From: Camelus dromedarius
Taxonomy: Eukaryota
Direction: 5' to 3'
Assembly (NCBI RefSeq): GCF_036321535.1
Contig: NC_087436.1
Coordinates: 107,758,001 to 107,822,000 of the forward strand
Length of the DNA stretch: 64,000 nucleotides
The notes under the pieces were generated by a model, which was not told where the DNA came from, ran no database searches, and saw only the letters and a program-made list of their open reading frames with translations. Below, one piece after another: positions 1 through 12,859 of the stretch. Numbering within the stretch: position 1 is the stretch's first letter; each line of letters opens with the position of its first letter. The position numbers were made by a program, and so were the translations under genes.

Positions 1-282
1 AGAATAGCTACCTGCCTAAAGGGGCATGGGTTTGCTTCATCCCACTGTGATTCTCTTTCTAAGGCTTGTAGTAGGCTCCATTGAGCCTCCTTGCCAACCA
101 GGGACATTTTAGGCAGCATCCTATCTACTGTAGGAGTCAAATGGCATAGCTGCTTCAACTGAAGTTCCTGAGTTCCTCTGGAGCCTGGTAGCCATACAGG
201 TTAATTAAGTAAATGGGAACAGTATATCCATATGATGTGTGTGATGTTTCCAAAAATGAAATGAGACTATTACATATTGCCC

Positions 283-313
<31 letters not shown>

Positions 314-790
314 GCCAGTGGTTAGAAAGTATGAAGTGTAATGATTTTTCTCTCAATTTGGAAAGGATATGCTCTTGTGATCTAGATGAACATTTATGAA
401 GTAAGATACAGAAATTAGATGAGGAGTCAATGTTTTGTTTAACATACTGGAGTTTGTGTCACATGGATGAAGTAGAATCTTAGTGGGCTACCATATACAT
501 CATTCCTAGGGATGAGAACATCTTGTTGCCCAACTCCAGGGGATACTGCCCACCTGATAATATGCACTGTATCAGCCAAAGATCCCTTCAGGCCAGGCTA
601 CCATCTTTTCCATGTTAGCCATGCTGCAGATTATTGCCAGCTGTCCCATCTGGCCTCTGGTGATTAAGTACCACCGTGGGATCTCATCATTTTCATTGTA
701 ATAAGGGAATCCATTCAATGGCAGTGCTTTCTACCTTTCTCCAAAGTACGTCCACTTTGCAAAGAGGATGGTGTCCTGCTCACCGATGTA
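1..790 (-). mobile_element. Degraded ERVL-class internal sequence (gag and pol remnants)
   Basis: The reverse complement resembles remembered ERVL internal consensus: a gag-like stretch near 570-740 and a pol RT/RNaseH-connection-like stretch near 1-380 (e.g. ...gaatcacag...agcaaacccatgcc...agctattct). No ORF remains. Confidence 0.55.
287..313 (+). repeat. T27 homopolymer
   Basis: Counted directly; lies inside the ERVL remnant. Confidence 0.95.
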
Positions 791-1834
791 TTTCTTAATG
801 TTGTCAGGAAGAGAATGTTCTCTTAGAACGCTTGGGGGATATAGGGTATTGGTAAGTGGCGCATACTTGATAGATTAACTACACAAATTCAATGTAGGGA
901 AATAGAATGGGATTCGAATTCAGCCCTGCCTATTCACAAAGGCTGTGCTGTTTCCACTACGTAAAGCTGCTTCTACATAGGTCTTGAAGTCCCCTTTGAA
1001 TCTCCAATTTCTCTTACAAAGCTTTCCTTAAAATGAAGTTGACATATACTATGTACCTCAGGCAAAATGACCCCTATATTTGGCCGTTAATTTTTCTGAT
1101 GACATCAGCTGTGGGTAGGGTCTAACTACTTGCGAATATTTTCCAGACAAAACAAATAATTGTGACTTCTTCTAGCATTTAGGCTGCTGAGTGGCTAGTG
1201 TGAAAAAACTAAAGGTGACTTTACTCTGTAATTCTGCCTGCATTCCTCTAAAGTGATTTAATGTCTAGCAATTCCGTGTACCATTAAGGAGCAATTAAAA
1301 GCAAGCGCAGTACGTTTCAATTCTCTAAACACTGCAGTGCTAAGTCACAGATCTTGGTTCCCGTTTCATTTTTTTTTTAGCAGCAAGGCAATCAGGGCAC
1401 GGATCTTTCTTATTTCTTTTCCTTTTCCTCATTATCCTTCATATCCCTCTTGCCATTGAAGGGCCTTGTGTCCCTATGACAATCCTTCGGAAACAAAGAA
1501 TTAGACATGGTACAGAGGTGGAGGAGGCATTGGACATAATGACGACAGAAAAGTCCTAGAAGCCTAGATTTCCAGAATGGTGCCCTCCTTCGAAATCCCT
1601 CTTGTTTCAAGGTTTCGCAACCACAGCTGACTGAACTAGACCTCTGTTACCCTGGGTGAAAGGGCTTAAGCAGATAAATGGCCCTGGGGAGGAAAACTCA
1701 TTGATGGGAGCATAAAAGATGCCTTGTGCCAGATTTTTCTTTTCTTCTGAGAGCAGATTTTATTGGGAGGAAAGAAGAAGGTAGCTCACAGTTTTGAACA
1801 CCTCTGCCCCGACCAGCATCGGGATAAACTCTTG

Positions 1835-1985
1835 AGACATTTAACCTTCATGAGACTCCTGTGAGCTAGGTATTTACCATCTGGATTTTACAGTTGACAA
1901 AATCAGAGAGGTTCAATTAGTCGCCTGAGGGCATACAGTTTGAGAGTTTCAGAAGCAGGATTCAAGACTGACTTTAAAAACTGAT
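1835..1985 (-). mobile_element. MIR SINE fragment
   Basis: ctcctgtgagctaggtatt...ttttacagttgacaaaatcagagaggtt...gcctgagggcatacag...caggattcaa resembles the antisense MIR core. Confidence 0.6.
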
Positions 1986-3479
1986 CTCTGTCTTTGGAGG
2001 TCACACACTCACAGTTAACTTTCATCAGTACTTAATGAGCAGGGCACTGCTTTTGATGCTGGAGATAGGAAAACCAACACCTAAGATATGAATGCTGTCC
2101 TGTGTTGGAAGAGGGTGGAACTTTTCCTCCTTTGTGTCTTGTTTCCTTTTGGAGGGACTCTTGTTAGAGTAACACTCCCAGTGCACTGCGGGTGCCTCAC
2201 TGTCCTTCCCCAAGGCAGGGGCGGGGCCCCTATGACTAGTGAGTTAGAGAAGAAGGTATTGAGCACAGTTCACTCCTCTCCCTTCTGTTTTGGGAACTAC
2301 CCACCGGCAGAGTGGATGTATCCTCTCTCACCAGCTTGGTAATGTTAGGCTTCAAAGCCCTGCGCTTGTGAGTAGGCTGACCTGTAGGGTGAATTACTAT
2401 AAGTAAGCCAATCAACCTTCTCTTTATGCCCTGATGTCTTTCACTGTCAACTTGGATAAGAAGTCGTAATTCCAGTCTCTGACTGACTTGCTTTGTCTAT
2501 CTCTCAGTTAGTGTCAAAACCAGTTGCAACCCCCAAACCTTCAATGGGTTCACAGTCTCATAGGAGGAGCTGAATGCACCTCGTGATAAGATAACATTGC
2601 ATCTGTCATTAGCATGTGCTAACTTCTATTGAAAGAACCACACACATAGAGCTTCATTGGCTTTGATCAGTCTCTTGATTGAATAGCTGGTATTTTTAAA
2701 ATGAAAGACGTGTTAACAGTAAACTCTGGTATGTGTCAACACAAAGAATTCCAGTGCAAGTGCACATCAAATAAGCCAACTTTTTCTCAGGATCTAGGGA
2801 GATATATTTTTCTCCTTTCAACTGGAAACTGTGGTCTCCAGCAGACATTGTCTTTTTTGGTATCTTACCCCATGACCACCCTTATCCAATAAGAGGGCAG
2901 ATTGCTAGAGTGAAAGCAACAGAATCAACCACATTCATCGTAAATCCAGCAACGCATCCCATATGATTAATTGACACTTTCCAATGATTATCCTGATGTT
3001 TTGGTGATTCGGTAATGTGGCCATCTTTCAAAGAAGTATCCTTTTTTAAAGTAGCCACTCAGAACATCAGAAACACATAGATTAGCAGATTTTAGCCATT
3101 ATCTAAACATTTTGGCAGGTATGGTTTAGTAGATAGTGCAAGTGGGTCCTCTTTTTTATCTCATTATCTGGGTCATTCAGAAAACCTTAAAACTCATTTT
3201 TAGTCTAAAATACTTAAGTAACTGCCCTTGTATAGATCTCACCTGGCTCTTAGTACTGTGAACTCCATCTGGCCATTGTTGGAAGTGGTTTTAAAAATAA
3301 CCAGAGGCTCAAAAGAAAGATGACAGGTATTTAGATGTTTCAGAATTGAGTCATCTGTTCTTTTTCATCCACTTTTTAAGTGGAAGCTTTGATGCTGTAT
3401 CTTTGCCTCTTTTCAAAAGGCAGGCAGTAAAAGAAATACTTACAATCAGAATTTAATTCTCATGTATTTTACTTAATGG

Positions 3480-3493
3480 GTTACCTAGGTAAC
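3480..3493. promoter_or_regulatory. Perfect palindromic RFX X-box GTTACCTAGGTAAC
   Basis: 14-bp palindrome fitting the GTNRCC-N(0-3)-RGYAAC consensus; binding untested. Confidence 0.4.
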
Positions 3494-3899
3494 TCTACCA
3501 GTTTTCAGTGGTCCTTAAAACTTACAGTTTTATCTGGGGAGAGAAGTGGATTATATGTGCTTGGAGGATTTATGAATGGTGCTTTAATATCTCTGGCTAA
3601 AGAGAGTCTGCAATAATTTTTGGTTTGCATATTAATATACCTTTACTATGTGAATGGATTATTCATGTATTTATTGAGCATTTACTCTGGTCCAACCAGT
3701 ATATAGGGAATTGAAATAGACAGTCATAACATTTTACTGCTCCTTATGGTTTAGAATTATGTATATTGTATTGTGTATATATATATATATGTAAATTATA
3801 ATATATATACACACATATACACATTGTAGTCAAACTATTTCATTTGTATTTCCCCAAAATTTTTCTTGGTCATTTTCACTGCCACCTCTTTGCCAAAGG

Positions 3900-4300
3900 C
3901 ATTTTATGCCTTCTAGGAATGTCCTCCCCATTGTCTTCTGCCTATCTTAACTCTGTCTTTCCTTCAAGAAAGATCAAACATCATTCCTTCATACAAACAT
4001 CTCTGATTATTCCTACCCAATGTGATGTTTCTGTCATATGAACATTAATACCTTATCACTTACCATACATGATACTGGCTTATACTGTTGTCTTTTTCTG
4101 TTCTAGAGATTGTGGTCCATAATGTAATAGGACTAATTTTACTAGCTCTATTTTACAACTACTTTTACTGTTTCATAGTCTGGTGTAGTCTTATCTCTTC
4201 AGGTGTATTGCATTCCTGGAACATGGTCTTTGCCTCCATATACCACCAAGCACAGTACCTGGCACAGAGGAGTCCTTCTTAATAAATTTTTTTGAATTTA
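3900..4300 (+). mobile_element. L2 3' end fragment
   Basis: Ends ...caagcacagtacctggcacagaggagtcc...aataaattttttgaat, typical of the L2 terminus. Confidence 0.55.
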
Positions 4301-4539
4301 GTGTGGCAGCAGGGACAGTGGAAACGGTATTGGATTGAGAATCAAGAGGCTTGGATTTGACTCTCTTGATTGTGTCCTGTTGAGACAGTCACATTTTTCT
4401 AGACTTGTTTCATCAAGTGTGTAATGGAAAACTTGATGACTTGATCTTTAAGTCCCATCTCCACAATAACAACATGTGATTATTTGGGTAATTAAAGTCG
4501 TATTTCTCCCTCCAGCTCAACAAATACTGGAGTTAGTAG

Positions 4540-5028
4540 AATTTTGTGTAGCTGCATGAAACTTACAAGGGATTGATTTTGCTCATATAGCGAGGGATAT
4601 GGGGTTGCTCTTCCAGAACTGGTTCGGATACTTTTTTTGCTCTACCATCTTTAGCATTTGATTTTTTCCCCTCTCAGTTACAAGATGGCTGCTGCCTCTC
4701 CACACCACTCATTCATGCTCTCTAGTCAGGAAGAAAGGGAAGGGGAGAATGGCAAATTGTGTGTCAACTGAGCATGTCCCCCTTTATCAGCAAAACAGTT
4801 GTATTCCTAGAAGCCCCAGCTATAAGATGCCTACCCTCATCTCCCAACCAATTGTATGGTGTGTGGTTATCCCTAGTTGAAAGAAAGTCAAGGAAGTGAA
4901 ATGTTTAGTTAGGCATGGTCATCTCAGTAAAGTTAATCTCAATCTTTCCTCCCACTCTCTCTCTCTCCCCCATTCAGTAAAGGAAAAATGGAGTATGAAT
5001 TAATAGGGTCATTAATAATACTGTTGCA
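4540..5028 (-). mobile_element. MaLR LTR (MLT1J-like)
   Basis: gctctaccatctttagc...ttacaagatggctgctgc...caggaagaaaggg...cctttatcag...aggaagtga are antisense MLT1J-type motifs. Confidence 0.6.
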
Positions 5029-5219
5029 TAAATATCTATATCTTCACATATTTACATTTTGTTAATTATTGTAATGAAACATACACTGTATAGGCAAACA
5101 AGAACAAATAGAACATGTAGAAGAAGGGACTTTAAGGACTTTAGACAATTTAGTTTGGGCATGTACTATAATAAGTGTCTCTTAATCTTTGTATTTCCTT
5201 GTCCAGAAGGTTCGGTTGT

Positions 5220-5935
5220 ATTTTTTAAACTGTAACTTTGTTGATGTATAATTTGTGTACAATAACCCATTTCTACTTAAAGTTTACACTTTGGTGAGTT
5301 TTCCCTGGTGTACATGCTTCTGAAACTACCAAAATCAAGATGCCAAACATTTCCATCACCCATTCCCCTACCCATCCCCAGATTTCCCCTGCCTCTTTGC
5401 AACCCATCCCATTCCTAACCCCAGCCTCGGACAACCACCAATCTTTTCCCACTATGTATTTATTTGTACTTCTAGATTTTTATATAAATGGAATCGTTCA
5501 GGATCTACTCTCGTCTCCTTTCCCTCAGCATAATGATTTTGAAATTCATCCATGTTGTTTTGTGCATCGACAGTTCATTCCTTTTTATAGAGTGAATAAT
5601 ATTCCATTGTATAGGTATATTAAACTGTATTTTTCATTCACTCGTCAAGGGACTTTTTGTTATTTCAGATTTTTACCTATTATGAGTAATGCTGCTGTGA
5701 ACATTCATGTGGAAATCTTTATATGGAGATACATTTTCATGACTTTCTGACTAAATACCTAAGAATGCAATGTATGAATTGTTTGGTAATACAAGTCTCA
5801 CTTCTAGGGATCTGCCACATTGTTTCCAAAGCATTTGTGCCATTTCCATCAGCAATTCATAAGAATATGAGTTGCTCTAGATTCTTGTCAATATTTGGCA
5901 TGGTCAGTATTTAATTTTAGCCATTTTGATGGAAG
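5220..5935 (-). mobile_element. Old L1 (L1MB/MC/ME-type) 3' end, antisense
   Basis: aactttgttgatgtataattt...ataaatggaatc...tttgaaattcatccatgttg...aatgctgctgtgaacattcatgt...ttttagccatt; more degraded L1-like sequence continues to ~7000. Confidence 0.85.
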
Positions 5936-8516
5936 TAGAGCCATTGAATTTTTTAATATTCATTTTGATTTGCTCATGTCACTTAATTTATTTCCAGTGG
6001 CATATTTCTATGATACTTAAGTTGATTATCTCAGGTTTTTGAAGTAGACAACTCACTTTATCTAAAAAGAACAATAATTTTGTTTCCTCCCTTTCAGCTA
6101 TAGAGCTCGTTTAAAAATTTTATATCTTTATGCAGTATTAAAACTCCTGGACTTATGTTAAATAACATTATATATAATGAATGCTCACAATTTGGTCAGA
6201 TGATATAATATTTATGTTATTTGCAATCTAATGGCAATTTCTTTAGTGATTCAGCATTTGGGATAGGTGCTTTTCACTATATTAAAAAGCTAGCTTTTGA
6301 AAATTATTGACAAACAGGTTTTTTTTTTTTTAATCATAGCTCTATGCTGAATTTTTAAAAATAACTTTTTGGCATCTGGTGATATGATTTTCCTCTAATT
6401 TGATTCAAATCCCTTAGATGAACTCTTCTTGAGTGCATATTATTACAGATCTTCATTTGTTAGTACTTCATTTGTAATTTTGTCATAAGTATTCAAAATG
6501 ATATTGATCTTTATTCGCCAGGTTTTGATATCAGCAGTGTACTATCTTTACAGAAATCAGTATGGACTCTTTCCAACTGGATTCATGCTCTGAAGTAATT
6601 TATACAGCATTAATATTATTGTTTCTTGACTGTTTGGAAGAACTCATCATATGAAGTTACATATACTTTTGGAAGAAAATCTCCAACAACCTTTCTGAAT
6701 ATATTCCATGGTTATTAATCTATTGCAGTTTCTGGCTTCATGAGTTTTTACCACCATTAATCACCCCTGCTCCCTCTGACACACACACACTCATTCATTT
6801 CATTGCATAGTTAATTTCATTAGCACAGGGTATTATTTACATGCTTAGCAATTAAAAAAAAAATCCCCGTGTCCATGGTTTGGCTCATTTCTCTTCCCTA
6901 GTTTCTACATTTGCCTTTTCTTTAGTTAGATTATTTATTTATCAGATTTTCTTAGTCTTGCCAAAAAATACTATAGGATGTGTTTATTTATTTAACACTT
7001 GCTCTTTTAAAAAAAAAATATTAAGTGGTGTTGACTTTCCTTTCTATCCCGAACTGCAGGCACCATCTGTTCTAGTGTAGAGTGTTCTTTTTTTGTCCCC
7101 GCTCAAGGGTGCTGGTGATTGGGTGAAGGTGCTTTTGGGAGAATGGATCTCGGAGAAGGTAGTGCGCCAGTCTTTCCAGTCTTGGTCTGCCTAGTTTCTG
7201 AAGCTTGGTTCCTGTGTTTTCTGTGGTAAATACCATATTTCTACCCAGCATGCTTGCATTCATTCATGAGATACTATTTTAAAGCCTTTTTTTAAACCAC
7301 AGGCACTGTAGCACTTGGAATTGAGGCTTAAGCAAAACAGGCGAATTCCCTGCCTTCACAAAAATTATGGTCCAATAAGGAAGAAAGTTAATCAACAGGA
7401 GGTAAAATAAAGTGCAATGAAGGATTATATTGGGAAAATACAGGGTGCTAGGGAAGCAAATCAGGAAAATGTAACCTAGATTAGCAAGGACATGTGTTGT
7501 TTCTGATTTTTGTTCTAACCATTTGTCTCCTGTTATGACTAGGAAGATGCCATGTACTGGCTTTTATGAGGTACTCTGAGACCATGCAAGATTAAGTCAT
7601 GTTTCTCATCCTTAGATTATTTTAATTTAAGCCACTTGGTGTGGGAGGAAGAGCTGAATCAATAATATCAATAAATCAGTAATGTTTGTGCTCCAGGTCT
7701 AAACTGCGAACAAATCCTTAAACAGAATTAAAACTAAATGTAACAGTAGTAAGATGATAATTGCAGGGAGATTAATTACAAAAAAAGGTATGAAAGCACT
7801 AAAAATACATAACCACTGGAGTTGTGTTCAAACATAATTCATGAGACACTGTTAGCCTTCAGATGGATAAAATTGGTTTGGCGGTGTATGTGGGATGAGG
7901 GAGAAAGGAAGAATAACATATCCTCTTCTACCCTGTGTTACTGTGGCTACAGAGCTAGCAGGATGCTTAGCATCTCTCAGAAAGCGGGAGTCCAACACCT
8001 GCTGCTAAAGGTAGGAGCAGCATTCATTGGTTGAGGGCCCAACCTGCCATGATGTGAAATATCTCAAATGTGGTAGTGGCATCTAAAACATAATGTAGCA
8101 GGTTTCAACAGAAAAATCAGGTTACGGGACTGAGCACTTAATATTGATAGGATTTGCAGTGCATACACTCCCTCACCACCCTTTCTTTTACCTTCTGAAC
8201 CAACAGAGAAATAGACCCAGAGTCAGGTGAGATGTAATCTACAGTATTTTTTGTTGCTGTTGCTGATAAAGTGAAATTGAAGAAGGTGATGTACGTGGGG
8301 GCCTCCTATAATGTCCTACAACTCTTGACTTTGAGGCTCAGCAGAGGGTGATGAGAAGGTAGAGCAGCTCCTCATTTAGACCTCAGTGCTAGACCACGCT
8401 GCCTATGACTGAGAGCCAAGCGCGAGGCTCACTTCTCAACAACAGCCTTTAAGTACAGGAATCCTGTCTCATGGAGAAACGTGAAAGAATGACTATCAGA
8501 CTCTCATTATCTCAGC

Positions 8517-8528
8517 AGTCACGTGACT
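8517..8528. promoter_or_regulatory. Palindromic CLEAR/M-box-type E-box AGTCACGTGACT
   Basis: 12-bp perfect palindrome containing GTCACGTGAC (TFEB/TFE3/MITF/USF consensus). Confidence 0.35.
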
Positions 8529-8999
8529 CCTTCTCATCCCATGGGAGGTCAGGTGTGTGCACAGAAATGGCAGGAGCTGCTTCCCCCTCAGTGCTGCTCT
8601 GAGAAGATGGAAATTTGGGGAAATTTCTTATTTTATGAGTTGCTACAGGGGAGGAAGGGACTGGTTCTCTTCAAGAGGTTGTGTAAAACAAGTATAAACA
8701 CAAAATTTCTGAAAAAAGATACCAGAATGGAAAGTCATCAACATTTTGAAATAGATGGCTCAGTTAAATGAGATTATGAGTGATTTTTATTTCTTTATTT
8801 TTAATTATTCTCCAAAGATCATGTGTTCAATAACTGAGAGAAAAGCAATACCATTTATTTTTAAATATATTCATACTGATGGATTGTATTTTGAGCTCTC
8901 CCTTAATAAAGTGGTTCCTGGAAGCCCTTTACTTGGCAGACAGAGGGTTATGAATTCTGAAAGGACAGGGATTTATAGTCGACAACAAATCAATGGATA

Positions 9000-9445
9000 G
9001 ACAGCTTTTTGATACCTACCCATACCAGACGTCATTTTAAGTGCTGTAAATACCCTGGTGAACAAGACAAAATCCCATCCTTCTAAAAGTTTTTGTTCTA
9101 GTTGGGGTACAAACAACAAAAAATATGAACAACCAAACAAAATGTGTAATTTCAGATACTGATAACGATTAAGATGGAAATAAAGTAGGAAATCTGGAGG
9201 TGTGGTTCTTCCATTGCAGAAGGAACTGAAAATATAAAGGCCTGACAGTTGGGTTTGTGAAACCACATGACAGGAGGGGAAAGACAGATGATGTGGGCCA
9301 CGAGGTGATATGAAGCAATGGGAACTGTGATGCCCTGGACGGTGCAGGTCCAATCTGAAGGCATCAAGTGTCAGACATACGAGCTTAATGTTGTAGATAT
9401 TCTGACTTTTCTCTGTGAGAAACCAGAAAGCCATATTGTTGAGAT
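9000..9445 (-). mobile_element. L2 fragment
   Basis: ttgatacctac...gtgaacaagacaaaatccc...ttctagttgggg...tttcagatactgataa resembles antisense L2. Confidence 0.7.
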
Positions 9446-10984
9446 GTCTCCCAATTTTTAAATGTTTGCAACCACTATAGTATTTGGGGCCAAAAACAGA
9501 AGCATACAAAAATACGTCTGAATTGAGTCAGTGGGCTTCAACTTTCTAGTTGCTTTTATAAACCATAGAGTTTAAGGGATCTTAGAGATTATAAAGTTCA
9601 CCTAATGGTAAATATGTGAGAAAGTTGACTCAGGTAAATTTCGTGGTTTAACCATTGATCCACAGCTAAGAAAGTTGTTCAGGCGGGATTCATACATGCT
9701 GTTCAGAGCTCTTTCTGTTACATGGGAGTGTCTGATACATGCCTTATTTTCTCTGATTCAGGCCATTGATTATTTTCCAACATAGCAGGCACTGTCCTGA
9801 TTTGTTTTCTTTCCATATACAGATATCTGAAGGGGCAAACTGAATGAGCTCATCTCAATTATGTTCAGTAATCACAGAAATCACTGGCATAATGGATTGG
9901 GTATTTGATGTAAGGGCAGCATTTGAAAGAGACATGAAACAAAGTGTGTATGTGTGAGAGTATTATATCGCCTAAACAGTCATTGAGTCCATTCACTAAT
10001 GAGTCAAAAGCAAGAAAGTCTACGACTTTGATGTTGGACACTTTAAGGTATGCTTTTACTAAGGGGAAGGCTACAAGGTAACGTCATGTAGGGCTCAGAA
10101 GAGCTGGTACAGAGATTTTGACATAAATGCAGTCTCACCTTTCCTCTGATTTGTCATTATGAATGGTCCTGCTCCCATCCTCAGAGATGTTTTTTATTAC
10201 AGTGTTTGATAGAAGAGGAAGGTAATATAATAACTGATGAGACAGCATAGAGAATTAAGAAAGAGCTCAGCCAGGACAAAAAGCACTCTGAGCTTCCTTT
10301 TTGTAATCATTTTGCAACTGTATTTTGTTTATCATTAAGCTAAATGTTGATTTCCTAGTAAATTCTATGTCTGTTTCTTGCTGTGTCTCCATTTATTGAA
10401 TGAATGAAAGAATGAAAACATAGACAGTAATGCTTAATGCTTAACTTGAGTGGGGCTGGGGGGAAACCCTGTCTGGAAAATAATTGAGCTTTTGAATATC
10501 CTGCAAGGAGGTAACTTGGTGGTGAGCAGGAAACAAAGATGGAACTGGAGTAGAGAGTCTGGGACATCAGTGGGCCCCATTTTGGATTCTGGCAATTGGT
10601 CCAGTTATGGGAAGTCAGGAGGCAGCGAGGCATATAATTCAGGAGACCTGTATACTCAGTACTAGGTCTGTAGATGCTTAGTGTTGGTTCAGTTCTTGAG
10701 TATTCTGTGCGTGTTCTCTTATCTGTCAACTAGAGCCAATAACAATAAGAAATATGATGCCAGACCAAAAGCCTTAAAGATAGAAAATGCTAAACCACTA
10801 CCTAGTTATGGAAGAATCTCAATTAATATGAAGACTCTTGGACAGAATGGTTCTTGGAAGTTGATTCTTTCAATGAATGACCTAAATTTATTTTCTTGGA
10901 ATTTTTTCCTAGTGCAGCTAAGAACTGTCATAAATTTATACTAAGTGAGGCAGTTTATGTGAAACCAGTCCCATGAGTGCCTTG

Positions 10985-11126
10985 CTATATACATATGTGT
11001 ATGTAGTGCATATATAGATATATGTGTATATCAGATTGATATATTTATCAGATATATATTAGATATATCTAATATATATCAGACTGTATATATATATTCA
11101 GATATATCTGAATACATATCAGACTG
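10985..11126. repeat. AT-rich low-complexity repeat with two perfect palindromes (11051-11080, 11095-11114)
   Basis: GATATATATTAGATATATCTAATATATATC and TATTCAGATATATCTGAATA each equal their own reverse complement. Confidence 0.9.
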
Positions 11127-11665
11127 AATCAGTGGTGATTTAGTGAATTGAAAGGAAAGGCTGACAGGTTGCTGCCTGCATGGCCTCTCAGTTGAGTCTT
11201 ATCTTGGTGGAATTTCCTTAGGTCAGAGTGATCCATCTTCCTTCCTTCCTCCCCACTCCCTCCCTCCCATCCATCATACATCTATAATGGACTGGACCTA
11301 GGAGACTGATTTATACTAGCTAAACTGTAAAACCAGTTTGGCATTCACTGTTTGTTAGCTGACTCAGCTGCAGTCTGTTGCCCTCTTCTCCCTAGCTGCC
11401 TTTCAGTAAGGGTGGCCGTTGTCACAGTTCTAGCTAGCAGATATAAGCAGAAATATATATTTCCCAGGAATTTTTTGCTTTTCTGATTAAAAGGGACAGA
11501 TTCAGTAGGTACCCCTATTGCCTTTCATCCCTCATTTTTCTTCTTTATTTCTGCTTGAAATGAGGTTATGATGTTTAGAGGTGGTGCAGGTATCTTGTGA
11601 CTACAAGGTTGCTCATCTAATAACAAAAGCCAAAATAAATCTATAAAGAGCTTGGGTTCTTGAAG

Positions 11666-12343
11666 GTGGTGTCTTTCAAACTATCTGTGATCAAAATCTT
11701 TAAAAAAAATTTCCAGTCTACTGTGGACTGATCAAAATACAGTAAAATGCATAAATAGAAAAAGGAAATGAAAAAAAGTGCAAAATACAAGTATAAATAT
11801 TTTCTCATTAGATTCAGCAGGCATGCAATAATTCTGTAAAATTGTTATCCAAGTTTCTAAGTGCTTGCTCTGATTTTCTATGCATATCTTATCTATATTC
11901 ATTTGCTGGGGCTGCTATAGCAAAATCCCACGGACTGGGTGCCTTAAACAACAGAAATGTATTTCCTCACAGTTCTGGAGGCTGAAAGTCCAAGAACAAG
12001 GTGTTGGCCGACTGAGTTTCTCCTGAGGCCTCTCTGCTTGGCTTGCAGATGGCCATCTTCTCTCTGTGTCCTCATGTGACTTTTTCTGTATGTGTGTGTA
12101 TCCCTGGTGTCTCTTCCTCTTCCAATAAAGAAAATAGTCACATTGATCACATTATTGACCTCATTTAACCCTAATTACTTTTTCAAAGGCTCTGTCTCCA
12201 AATATAGTCACATTGTGGGTTAGGGCTTTGATACAAGAATATTATGAGGATATAAGTCTATCCATAACATTGTTACATACCAGTAATGAATGATTCATGG
12301 ACCGGCACCAGCAGCCCTTGGGCCACACTTGAAGATCAGCTGC
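11666..12343. mobile_element. hAT-Charlie-like DNA transposon, split by an MLT1A LTR
   Basis: Degenerate Charlie-like ends gtgtctttcaaactatctgtg and ggaccggcaccagc...ggccacacttgaagatcagctg flank the LTR. Confidence 0.5.
11894..12269 (-). mobile_element. MLT1A-type MaLR solo LTR
   Basis: gggctgctatagcaaaatcccacggactgggtgccttaaacaacagaaatgtatttcctcacagttctggaggctgaaagtccaag...ttgcagatggccatcttctc...ccataaca. Confidence 0.9.
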
Positions 12344-12859
12344 TCTAAGATGCAAGTGGTTCTTGCATCAGTCTTGGACTGGAACCTCCAGAATTCTTAT
12401 TTAGTGAGAAAAACACACCTCTATTTGTTGAAGTCACTGTGCGTCAGGTTTCTCTTACTTACAACTGAAAGATTCTAAATGGATACAACCAGGTGTTTAA
12501 AAAATTTATATTAGGGAACACTGCTGGCTTGAGAACCAAGCCAGTCACGTCCATTGGAGAATTTTTCATTGTTTGGTTACTTTGCATTCCCAGCCTCCAT
12601 TCTTCCCTCTTCTGATGACAGATCATCACCTTACTGTGGGAACTATTCTTATGTAGCGCATGCAATTTTCATAGGGTTGTCAGTCAGGGTCCTTTGCCCT
12701 CCTGTGAGCAAAGGACCCAAATCAGTATAAGCCTGTTCTGTGACCTTTTTGACATGCAAACAAAGAAGCCTGCTGGTAGGGTAGATTAATTCAGAAGATT
12801 AAGTGAGGACCATGAAGTTTGTTTCCTGAACAGGTATTCACAAAAAAAGGGAAGTACTT

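Larger units (their letters stand above)
11380..12487 (+). mobile_element. Old MaLR LTR (MLT1J/K-like), split into ~11380-11665 and ~12345-12487 by nested insertions
   Basis: ttttttgcttttctgattaaaagggacaga...gcaggtatcttgtgactacaagg, and a 3' end ...tgagaaaaacacacctctatttgttgaagtcactg...acttacaactgaaagattctaaatggataca. Confidence 0.7.

Noticed and set aside
287..318. T27-GCCAG as a splice acceptor
   Set aside because: The tract looks like an expanded A-run inside the ERVL remnant, and no good donor follows.
5340..5750. 136-aa ORF (+)
   Set aside because: Antisense read of an old L1 3' end.
8973..9509. Longest ORF, 178 aa (-)
   Set aside because: Lies over a degraded L2 fragment and has no protein-like features.
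9823..9909. Possible 87-nt exon
   Set aside because: Stops in all three frames and only a moderate donor.
11340..11353. 14-mer GGCATTCACTGTTT also at 40560, each followed by TGACTCAG
   Set aside because: Several 14-mer matches are expected by chance in 64 kb, and the similarity does not extend.
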